Positions 55,401-62,277 of a stretch of 64,000 bases of DNA are shown one piece after another. Each line of letters starts with the position of its first letter. Positions within the stretch are counted from its first letter, which is position 1. A model generated the notes under the pieces. The model saw only the letters and a program-made list of their open reading frames with translations, was not told where the DNA came from and did not search any database. The DNA comes from a virus (taxonomy: Duplodnaviria; Heunggongvirae; Uroviricota; Caudoviricetes). Where the stretch lies: IMG/VR virus record IMGVR_UViG_3300027908_000001, positions 87,167 to 151,166 of that record; one strand, given 5' to 3'. The position numbers and the translations under genes were made by a program.

Positions 55401-55752
55401 TGAACAGGTACATGCGGAGGGATTCAGCAGAGATACCAACTGACTGCAACGCGCGCTGCATGGTCACCAAATCGCCCACCGACTGGCCGGTGGCCCGCGA
55501 AAGATTCAGGAGTTGCGCGCCCTTGGAGAAACTCTCGGTCATATACCGCATGGCGCTGCCCACGGAAGTCAGCCCAATCTGCATGCCGACCAGCGAAGAC
55601 GCCATGGTCACGATTTTTCCACGGAAACCTTCCAGTGATTGATTGACTTGGGAAGTTCTGTCGCCGATGGATTGGAGGGCGCGTTCCAGACCACTGAACG
55701 CGACGATAGCGCCGGTGTTATCGACTTTTATCTGAAAATTTAGCGGTTCCAT
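52420..55752 (-). CDS. tail tape measure protein
   Basis: 1110 aa, Ala-rich helical; LSRATGQSVGDLVTMQRA, LFGRSG; follows the chaperone pair. Confidence 0.92.
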   Translation of the reverse strand: MEPLNFQIKVDNTGAIVAFSGLERALQSIGDRTSQVNQSLEGFRGKIVTMASSLVGMQIGLTSVGSAMRYMTESFSKGAQLLNLSRATGQSVGDLVTMQRALQSVGISAESLRMYLFMLQRSIAQVSGGAHGLGQSMVADAGGGMDAVAMHTRGAAGAFQQLGLRADELRKLPARMQLAAIAEGLKRLKDQSQQTDVMRSLFGRSGPQLLSGLKDEDFVAKLKAPMSLYAQLMERNAKMFESIETGMKALQLRFTEFASVIAERVGPTLNMLLTRFKDMDGAEVAKKFEVIGDGLNLLITYIGEGVTVIGRIVGFFGYMANAIGIGTKAIIAMGVAYSAMMAVKILENLAAKIVAFTKSAIGIKTETQALNENTAAQAKNAAARGAGGIAGLTPLQRQTAIAGLTAGKMVPESFFTALNAGKVDSFGSAMKALVGDFQATSIAGLAAAASIGTFIGVLATNIIMQKIAELQALEAEFDKLSHLEDEARKRHRDQTEPTTKSEKEADVKQQQQVVDELQEDYNDAVKKAQPFLDKKNAADAEVEAARLSTGGTSSMRYRAAVKAAAEANDNYQSANSAAESIKSGPGMLDDARKRLKHLQGIPDAGLPGGGGPADIMAINKMMTGDAQSIPEMLKPEHWVQTEQHLHQVATELSKLTARRYELQIDVATDATAKISAIDDHAREVVEQFNRLSGQSEVSGISPTRERAGELMDEAEAHKANAAEIAKSVGAEKSIAEWKGETTTAWGKELMLAKMYEDLSKEILTDADKMLKAQQEQADLAAEVVKHQSDVAKLHAQAAGNTGAVAEIDRAEKLAELTEKAAKLQRENPAQYARMYGNATPDQVGFSQRADDEAAAEYEKKLALEKMQIENEILQLKAQGNFAGAAELENQQRLVDLTKEYKKLIIESGKYKDDADQDAKANADALAEAQAHLFNEKAPDRQKTLDEARVTSLKVAGNYQEANQLERQIKLREKVKELAAEGFTKENGFDPEAMASSMLRNEEALKNQQTKLERLTDSDRSKGLFAGVRGVPNMGMMMLNGGLPAVAHDSLGTMGLNSQPEMMARAAIGPVRQDPESVRYARATAANTAKIAEHVTPKKPDGRSENGGVVS

Positions 55753-55768
55753 TGGGGCGGCGTTCTTC

Positions 55769-55792
55769 CTACCATTCGCCGAAAAGGGTCAC
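55769..55792 (-). promoter_or_regulatory. putative late promoter motif
   Basis: GTGACCCTTTTCGGCGAATGGTAG, 16 nt before the TMP ATG. Confidence 0.65.
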
Positions 55793-55821
55793 AGCCAGCG
55801 CGATAGAAATCGCGGTTTTTA

Positions 55822-56079
55822 TTAGTCAGGACGCCAGTGGTGCTTGAGGTCTTTTACATCCTCAATCACGAAGTCGAGGTCATCCTTTTCTTCGTAGCTC
55901 GGGTCGGCAAAGATTGCGCCATTCGCGACTTCGTTCTCGACCCACAACAGGAAAAGTTGGGAGAGCGGCACCTTGTGGAGCGCGTAATCGACCGTCCACG
56001 ACTTGAGCGACGTGATGCGCCCGACCAAACTGCAGGCCCAGCCTATGCCGGAAGAGGGCCGGGCCTCGATGCCAAAGGG
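55822..56079 (-). CDS. tail assembly chaperone, -1 frameshift extension (GT-like)
   Basis: Open -1 frame from the slip site: PFGIEARP...WTVDYALHKVPLSQLF; no start of its own. Confidence 0.7.
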   Translation of the reverse strand, partial: PFGIEARPSSGIGWACSLVGRITSLKSWTVDYALHKVPLSQLFLLWVENEVANGAIFADPSYEEKDDLDFVIEDVKDLKHHWRPD

Positions 56080-56465
56080 CTTAGCTGGTCCCCCGATTCC
56101 GGCATCTTGGTCTTGGCTGCGGTAGCGAACGCGGCTTGGATATGGGCGAGCAATTTGTCGCCGAGCGTGTTTAGGTCGGTCAACTGAATCTTGTTGCAGA
56201 GCCCGAACACGGCCGCATCGAAAGTTTCTGGCCCTTGCGCCCAGAACGCCAGACAATCGGACAGAGGCGTGGTGAGAACGTACACGGCACGGAACATATC
56301 CATGCTCGTGACTTCCTTCTTGCCGCCCTTGAGCAGTGGCGAGCCAATCTTGTCGAGGAACAGGTAAACGCCGAGCGTGAGCGGTTCGAGCTTCAGGTCG
56401 CCGATAACGAGATGCGTCGCCAAAAGGCTGTCGGTGACCACTGTCGGAGTGGAGGTTTCTGCCAT
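56043..56465 (-). CDS. tail assembly chaperone (G-like)
   Basis: Between tail tube and tape measure. Confidence 0.75.
   Translation of the reverse strand: MAETSTPTVVTDSLLATHLVIGDLKLEPLTLGVYLFLDKIGSPLLKGGKKEVTSMDMFRAVYVLTTPLSDCLAFWAQGPETFDAAVFGLCNKIQLTDLNTLGDKLLAHIQAAFATAAKTKMPESGDQLSPLASRPGPLPA
56073..56079 (-). other. -1 programmed frameshift slippery heptamer C CCT TTG
   Basis: X XXY YYZ geometry in the zero frame (AGC CCT TTG). Confidence 0.65.
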
Positions 56466-56488
56466 AAGATGTTACCGCGATTCAGGGA

Positions 56489-56824
56489 TTACTGAGGCAA
56501 CGCCGCGCCACGGACCCGCAACTTTTTGATTCCCTTTTGCTCCCACGCCTGCTCGACGGACTCGATGTAAACGGACTGGCCGCCCACGGTCATGTTGTCG
56601 CCGACGTTCGGTACGTTCGTGGTGTTTTCCACGAGGATTTCGTAAGATGCCTCGGCGTAGTTCGGCACATAGATGGTGCCGACCGGCACACCGTTGTCGT
56701 CCAGAACCGGAATCCGTTCCGCGTTGGTCGTGAGGGTGGCGGACGTGCAAAGGCCGACGACGTTGGTCATGCTCGTGCCCCATGTGACGTTTACGCCGCG
56801 TGCCTGCCTTGAGATATTTGCCAT
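56489..56824 (-). CDS. putative minimal tail tube protein
   Basis: 111 aa, beta-strand pattern, SD AAGGAG, synteny. Confidence 0.6.
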   Translation of the reverse strand: MANISRQARGVNVTWGTSMTNVVGLCTSATLTTNAERIPVLDDNGVPVGTIYVPNYAEASYEILVENTTNVPNVGDNMTVGGQSVYIESVEQAWEQKGIKKLRVRGAALPQ

Positions 56825-56859
56825 GTTGGTGTCCGCTCCTTAAAGTGTGTGCTTGTGCT

Positions 56860-56883
56860 CTACCATTCGCCGAGAAGGGTCAA
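56860..56883 (-). promoter_or_regulatory. putative late promoter motif
   Basis: TTGACCCTTCTCGGCGAATGGTAG upstream of the tail tube gene. Confidence 0.65.
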
Positions 56884-57731
56884 CGCGCTCGCGACAACCG
56901 GTTGACCGGTTCGGCCCGTGGCGTGATGAGTTTCAGGCGTTTCCCGAAATCGCCTTCAAACGTGTAGGTACCGGCATGGGCCAGCCTGCAATGGGCCGAC
57001 GCACGAATCTTGCCGCCCATGGCTATCCATCGCTGGCAAAAAAGAAAGTCTTCCGACAGGTACCGGTCGTTCACTATCCCGTAATCGAACAGGGCCGGTA
57101 TCCGTCGTTTCGGGCCGTCCGCGAAATCGTCGGTGTACGACAGTTTCTTGTAATGCTTCACCATGGCCTCTATCGCCGCGCGCTGGATGAGTAAGAACCC
57201 GGTGCCGACATAAGCCACTTCGATGCAGTCCCGGACCATCTTGCCTTCCCGGTTCGGGAGTGCGTTGACGACGTAGGAGAGCGCTGACTCGGCGGTGGTC
57301 TCTGCCGTGCCGTCGCCATTCGAGGTTCGTGCGTGGGTGAACGCCGCCTGCCACCGGAGTTGTTTCTTCGGATACACGCCGCCGACAATCGGGAAGTTGG
57401 CCAGTATCATCTGGACAAGGGCTGCCGGGTCAAAGGTGATGTCGGAGTCCAGAAATAGAAGGTGCGTACACTTGGATTCGAGGAAGTCGGCCACAAGCCT
57501 ATTGCGGGCGCGGGCGACCATCTCGCCATCGAGCATCCGTAACGCTTGCTGGACGCCCAGTCCTCTCAATATATGAGTGAGCTTGAACAGGGAGAGCATG
57601 CAGCCGGAATGGACTGAGCCTTGGTAGGTCGGCACGCCGATGAACAGGTTTACGTCCCGCAGTTCGGCATCGGTCAGGGGAGATTTGGGTTCGGAAATGG
57701 CGGTATTGCGATGGTTTGGCTTGGTACGCAT
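56880..57731 (-). CDS. GT-A fold glycosyltransferase-like protein
   Basis: FIGVPTY, ARARNRLV, HLLFLDSDI, VGTGFLLI, YLSEDFLFC, LAHAG. Confidence 0.88.
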   Translation of the reverse strand: MRTKPNHRNTAISEPKSPLTDAELRDVNLFIGVPTYQGSVHSGCMLSLFKLTHILRGLGVQQALRMLDGEMVARARNRLVADFLESKCTHLLFLDSDITFDPAALVQMILANFPIVGGVYPKKQLRWQAAFTHARTSNGDGTAETTAESALSYVVNALPNREGKMVRDCIEVAYVGTGFLLIQRAAIEAMVKHYKKLSYTDDFADGPKRRIPALFDYGIVNDRYLSEDFLFCQRWIAMGGKIRASAHCRLAHAGTYTFEGDFGKRLKLITPRAEPVNRLSRAR

Positions 57732-57737
57732 GGGTTT

Positions 57738-57761
57738 CCGTAATTCGCCAAAAGGGGTCAC
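57738..57761 (-). promoter_or_regulatory. putative late promoter motif
   Basis: GTGACCCCTTTTGGCGAATTACGG, 6 nt before the ATG at 57731. Confidence 0.6.
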
Positions 57762-57783
57762 GACGCTTCCCAAAAAGAATCGC

Positions 57784-57822
57784 AAAATAGGTGTTGACTC
57801 GAATCGAGTACGGTGCTAGGTT
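57784..57822 (+). promoter_or_regulatory. sigma70 promoter with perfect palindromic operator
   Basis: AAAATAGGTG-TTGACT-N17-TAGGTT; ACTCGA-A-TCGAGT at 57797-57809; 8 nt to the ATG at 57831. Confidence 0.85.
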
Positions 57823-57830
57823 GGTGGCAG

Positions 57831-58184
57831 ATGAACGAGAAACCATTAACCGATAGCGCGGCGACCTACCACATCGAAGGCGTGCTGGGAGTCACGAAGT
57901 CGTCGCTCAAGCGCAGTATCTGGAAACAGGCGGAAGGCGCAGAGAACGCGGTGAAGGCCATCGCCATCCTTGATTCTCGACGCGGCTCGTTTTTCACGCT
58001 GGATGAATTGAACACACTCTGCGATTGGCTCATTTGGAATGATGCCGCTGCCGATGGTGTGGAAGGTGAAACAACCGGCCTGACAGAGTATCGCAATGCG
58101 CGGTGCCGGAAGCGGTACGACCGCGCGGTCGCCAAGCTGATTGAACTCCGTAACCGAAACACTCAACCGACAGGAACGACATGA
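57831..58184 (+). CDS. hypothetical protein (island gene 1)
   Basis: ATG just after the promoter; ATGA-coupled to the next gene. Confidence 0.7.
   Translation: MNEKPLTDSAATYHIEGVLGVTKSSLKRSIWKQAEGAENAVKAIAILDSRRGSFFTLDELNTLCDWLIWNDAAADGVEGETTGLTEYRNARCRKRYDRAVAKLIELRNRNTQPTGTT
58165..58175 (+). repeat. start-associated sequence AACCGACAGGA
   Basis: 5 nt upstream of the ATG at 58181. Confidence 0.75.
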
Positions 58185-58480
58185 AAGACAAGGTCATCAA
58201 ATATTCCAAGAAGGCCAAGTGCCCGAAACGGAACTGCGGCGGGATGCTGGCCTACAGCGGCACCTACAAGCGCAAGCTGCCGATTGGGTTCGGGTTCGCC
58301 CCCGGTCAGACGGATTTTCAAATCGACTTGATTGCCGAGCGTGGCTATGTTGGCGAATGTATGGACTGCGGGCAAAAGGTATTGGCATGGAAATGGCGAA
58401 GGCATGAGACGAATAAACCAGTCAACATCAATCGGAAACTGAAGGCGGCGCGAAGAGGCAGCCAGATGGTCACAGCATGA
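58181..58480 (+). CDS. zinc-ribbon protein (island gene 2)
   Basis: CPKRNCGG...CMDCG. Confidence 0.75.
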   Translation: MKDKVIKYSKKAKCPKRNCGGMLAYSGTYKRKLPIGFGFAPGQTDFQIDLIAERGYVGECMDCGQKVLAWKWRRHETNKPVNINRKLKAARRGSQMVTA

Positions 58481-58716
58481 AACCACTCCCATTACCGCCC
58501 AAGCCAGTCATGCTAGTTCCAACGCAGGGATGCTATCAGGAGCCCATCATCGGGAAGCTTGTCGGCGAATCTCCAACCATGTGGCACGTCATCATGGTCG
58601 GCGAAGGCCAGTACGTGCGGCGCTACTACAAGTCCACGATGATGGCCGTCAAACCGTGGGACCGGAATTTTCCGAACCGCAAGCTGGTGATTCCCGAAAT
58701 GGCGCTGCCGAAATGA
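58477..58716 (+). CDS. hypothetical protein (island gene 3)
   Basis: ATGA overlaps on both sides. Confidence 0.7.
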   Translation: MKPLPLPPKPVMLVPTQGCYQEPIIGKLVGESPTMWHVIMVGEGQYVRRYYKSTMMAVKPWDRNFPNRKLVIPEMALPK

Positions 58717-58883
58717 AGCCCGACATTTTGCAGGAGCGGGAGAAGGTCTTGGAATTCTTGAAGGTTAGCGGTCTTGGGGACAATAGCATCTATCGGAATG
58801 CAATCATTCTGCTATTGGCGGAATTGGCGCGCTTGGATGCGCTCGAAACGGGCCTCCCTACGCCGTCACATCAAAGAAAATGA
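58713..58883 (+). CDS. 56-aa hypothetical protein (island gene 4)
   Basis: ATGA overlap start MKPDIL. Confidence 0.6.
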   Translation: MKPDILQEREKVLEFLKVSGLGDNSIYRNAIILLLAELARLDALETGLPTPSHQRK

Positions 58884-59604
58884 TTTCGCTTCCCTGAAAT
58901 CCACCGGCCACGTTGTACGCCGCCACGCGGTAACTCTGGCCGACTGTCACTGTCAGCGGACCGCCGTACAACGTCCCGCCCAATCCGGCCGCCGGGTAGT
59001 CCGTGTCCTGCAACGAATAATAGATGCTCGCTGCCGGGTCGGCGCAGGTCAGCGTCAAAGTCGTCCCGCTAATCTCGGCGACGGGTGTTGGTACTCGGCT
59101 GGCGTTGGCGTCCGGTAACTGATAGACGGCATGAAACTCGCAATCGTAGGTCAGCCGCGGCTCGAAGTCCAGCGATGGCGTCAAGGCGTTCGGCGATGCC
59201 CGGAACCTATCCAGTGACCGCCCGAACTTGAACAGGTGCAGCAGATTCAGGACATTGAGCGCCACTTCCTCGGAAGTCTTTTGTGTGCCCGTAGCGCCCA
59301 TATTGATGAGAGGATATTCTTGAATCCGAACGCAGTAGCTTATCAAGAAGAACGGTCCGGGGACTTTCTCGTATTCTTCCACGCACGAGGCGGTCGGCAT
59401 GAGGACTTGCACGGCCAGCCCGGTCTGGTTCTGCTTGAAAGAAGTGCCCATGATGGCCGCCGTAACGGCAGCATCGATAGTCCGGCTGCGGACTACGAAC
59501 ACGGGTATGTTGGAGAAATAGGATTCCGAAAGCAGTTTGTTACCGATGTCGTTCTGGAGCAACACCAGTTCCGAGGCGATATTGTTCAGTGGGAAAAAAC
59601 TCAT
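58858..59604 (-). CDS. tail terminator-like protein with C-terminal chitobiase/Fn3-like domain
   Basis: Synteny; PTPV...LTLTCADPAASIYYS...GTLYGGPLTV. Confidence 0.65.
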   Translation of the reverse strand: MSFFPLNNIASELVLLQNDIGNKLLSESYFSNIPVFVVRSRTIDAAVTAAIMGTSFKQNQTGLAVQVLMPTASCVEEYEKVPGPFFLISYCVRIQEYPLINMGATGTQKTSEEVALNVLNLLHLFKFGRSLDRFRASPNALTPSLDFEPRLTYDCEFHAVYQLPDANASRVPTPVAEISGTTLTLTCADPAASIYYSLQDTDYPAAGLGGTLYGGPLTVTVGQSYRVAAYNVAGGFQGSEIIFFDVTA

Positions 59605-60140
59605 CGTTCACCTCGAAAAGTTTTGTTGACGACCGCGGCGAACCCGCGTTTGTAGTCGGGGATTCGTTCGATGAGGCCGTGGGTGACGGGGCCGCGCGCT
59701 GGCATGTGCATGTGCCGCATGAACCCGTGGACGAACGCTACGCCGGTTGCTTTGAGCTTCTTGCCTTTCATCACATCCCGCGAATGCTGGTGCCGGGTGA
59801 AACTCGGCACGCTCTCCACGCCGTCGAACCCGAATTCGTGGATATTGGCGTACCTCACGTTGTTGGTGATGGCCGCCGTAATTCCGGTGCCCGAGCGGTA
59901 TGCCGGTATCACTCCCTGTAGCAATCCGCGCCGCAACGTGCCGGTCTGGACCCTGAGCCCGGCCATGCCCGGATGTGATTTCTTGGGGAAACTAAGCCGG
60001 GTGCGGGCAACGTAATTGGCCGTGAGCCGGTTCTGCTTGTTCATCTCCACGGCGAGCCCTTCCAACAAACTGTCCGGGAACTGACGGAACCGGGCTAGTA
60101 CCTTGCTGGCGTTGGAATTGATTTTGACTGGGATTTGCAT
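59601..60140 (-). CDS. virion morphogenesis / tail completion protein
   Basis: LRVQTGTLRRG...NNVRYANIHEFG. Confidence 0.85.
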   Translation of the reverse strand: MQIPVKINSNASKVLARFRQFPDSLLEGLAVEMNKQNRLTANYVARTRLSFPKKSHPGMAGLRVQTGTLRRGLLQGVIPAYRSGTGITAAITNNVRYANIHEFGFDGVESVPSFTRHQHSRDVMKGKKLKATGVAFVHGFMRHMHMPARGPVTHGLIERIPDYKRGFAAVVNKTFRGER

Positions 60141-60141
60141 G

Positions 60142-61170
60142 TTACCGCAGCCCGATAGGAGCCGTGTACGCCGTCAGTACCTGCGCCACGGTTGGCAGCA
60201 GTTTAACGCCAGCCAGCGACTTGCGTGTGTCGTGTGCCGTGTCACCTGCCGGGCTCCACGTGATGCCCAAGTTATCGCGATTCACCCAAAGATGTTGGCA
60301 TTGGAGGAACCACGCTTCTTGCAGGTCGTCGGTGAGAATGTTCGCGGGCGTGACGCCATCGAACTGCATCGGGACCGTGCCGGTGCCGTTATCGGTCGGG
60401 TCGTACCAGTATCCGCCGTCCACTGTCGCGCGGTACAACCCGGCTTGGTCGTGACGGAACACGTCGACAGCAGGCCACATGTCCTTGATGCGAAGTATCC
60501 CCTCGAAGTTGTCCAGCAGACATACGGCCAGCCCGGCGCTGATGTCTATCCAGCCGTCTGCGGTGTTGTACATCACTTCCAGCTTACTGATTTGCTCTAT
60601 CGGGATATGCTGGAACACCAGATTGCGATGGGTAACCCCGAACGTTTCACGTGCGCCAGTCTCGCGCTTCAGGATGCGGCCGGTGGCGTTGTTGAAACTC
60701 TTGGCGACGCCGCGCCCGATAATCTTGATTTGTTCGTCCCACGTGGTCTGTGCGACAATTGAGGAGTTGATGAGGAACCGCTTGAGTTGACCGAGCGTAC
60801 CCAATCCGCAATCGGTCGTGTCCACGCCCGCGGTGACCGGGCCGGGGTCGAGCGATACCCATACATCCAAGTCCGCCGCGTCCGCGTCCGTCGCTGTGCT
60901 GATGATGACATCGACCTGCGCGCCAGCCGGTACAATCAGACCAGACCCGTTATCGGCATACCGCAACCCGGCCGGTAGAACGTACTGCAATGCCTGCGGA
61001 GTGGTATTCAGTCGAATCTGAACGCCAACAGGATTGGCTGCCGGGTTCTGCCCTTTCGTGGACAGTTCGACTTGGGTCACGGTCCGCTGGTACGGTGCCG
61101 ATTGGATGCTGGACACCCGGCCTACCGACAGGAATCCACTAAAGTTGAATAGTATTCGTTCGGTCGCCAT
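60142..61170 (-). CDS. head-tail connector (gp6-like) with extra N-terminal beta domain
   Basis: LGTLGQLKRFL...FNNATGRIL...LQEAWFLQ...QVLTAY; directly after the capsid gene. Confidence 0.75.
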   Translation of the reverse strand: MATERILFNFSGFLSVGRVSSIQSAPYQRTVTQVELSTKGQNPAANPVGVQIRLNTTPQALQYVLPAGLRYADNGSGLIVPAGAQVDVIISTATDADAADLDVWVSLDPGPVTAGVDTTDCGLGTLGQLKRFLINSSIVAQTTWDEQIKIIGRGVAKSFNNATGRILKRETGARETFGVTHRNLVFQHIPIEQISKLEVMYNTADGWIDISAGLAVCLLDNFEGILRIKDMWPAVDVFRHDQAGLYRATVDGGYWYDPTDNGTGTVPMQFDGVTPANILTDDLQEAWFLQCQHLWVNRDNLGITWSPAGDTAHDTRKSLAGVKLLPTVAQVLTAYTAPIGLR

Positions 61171-61186
61171 GATGTCCTAAAACCGC

Positions 61187-61224
61187 AACGGGCCGAACTC
61201 CCATCGCAAGAAGTTCGGCCCGTT
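61187..61224 (-). terminator. 13-bp stem-loop after the major capsid gene
   Basis: AACGGGCCGAACT / AGTTCGGCCCGTT; short U-tract on the minus strand. Confidence 0.6.
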
Positions 61225-61255
61225 CCCCACCACAACTACTTTCCAGATGGCCTGA

Positions 61256-62251
61256 TTAGCTACCGCCAACCGTCCACTGGATGTTCACAACCTTCGCGAT
61301 GGCGTTGACTTCCTCGACCGCCACGTCAACGGACGCGTGGAAGAAGATTTCAAGCGAATCGCGGTGCTTGTTGAACTCGTCGAGGATACGAATCTCGTCC
61401 TCAACGGCCCAAATCAGGTTCTTCGGGTGAGCGAAGAAGATGACACCCTCGTTCTGGTTCGTGCCGAGGTTGTTCGGCATGGAGTCCACGCCGATAACCG
61501 GTACGCCGTAAGCCTTGAGGCTGCCGTCTTCCGTCTGCCACACGTCACCACCGACCGTGCCGCGCTGCGACAGCGCGTAGCGGTAGGCCATTTCCAGACC
61601 GTGCGAAACATAGAAGCGAAACTCGCTGATGTTCCGACGGAACCGGGCTTGCACGCTGTTGATGGCCATGACGAACGCGTTCGTGGTGAACGGCGTGTGG
61701 CCCCAGTCGACAATGTTGGCGGCCGGTACGTTCGCGAGGAACCCGTTCCGCATGTTGTACAGCGGGTCGGCGGAACCGACCAAGCCGTTGACACCGAAGT
61801 CTTCGAGGTCGAACGCCGCGCGCTCGGCCATGATTTCGACGAGGGTATCGGCGAACCCTTCCTTCTCGATGTTCCGTTGCAGGGTTTCCCACGAGATGGA
61901 ACTCGTGCCGTCCATCTTCTGCGTCTGCAGCTTGATGGACTGGAGCGTTGGCTTGGACTCCAGCGCTAGATACGCCGCTGCCGACGTATAGAGACGGGTG
62001 TCATCTTCCACGCCCGGACGCAGGAACCGGCTGGTCATACCAGTACGGTCGAGCAGCTTCTGGCCGCGGCTGACAATCTCGACGCGGGCCTCGCGCAAAA
62101 TTGCCTGTGACACCTGCGTGATGCGCAGGAATTGTTCGAGTTGTTCCGGCTGCAGTACGCCACCACCGACCCCGTTGGTCGTGGTGATGTCGGCTACCGC
62201 TACCGCCGCCTTTATCAGCAACTCATCATTTGTGTATGCTTGCTTGCCCAT
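61256..62251 (-). CDS. major capsid protein (HK97 fold, XkdG-like)
   Basis: GGVLQPEQLEQF, ISWETLQRNIE, AYGVPVIGV, FFAHPKNL; SD AAGGAG. Confidence 0.93.
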   Translation of the reverse strand: MGKQAYTNDELLIKAAVAVADITTTNGVGGGVLQPEQLEQFLRITQVSQAILREARVEIVSRGQKLLDRTGMTSRFLRPGVEDDTRLYTSAAAYLALESKPTLQSIKLQTQKMDGTSSISWETLQRNIEKEGFADTLVEIMAERAAFDLEDFGVNGLVGSADPLYNMRNGFLANVPAANIVDWGHTPFTTNAFVMAINSVQARFRRNISEFRFYVSHGLEMAYRYALSQRGTVGGDVWQTEDGSLKAYGVPVIGVDSMPNNLGTNQNEGVIFFAHPKNLIWAVEDEIRILDEFNKHRDSLEIFFHASVDVAVEEVNAIAKVVNIQWTVGGS

Positions 62252-62277
62252 ATGGGTATCTCCTTGTGCTGAGTTAC

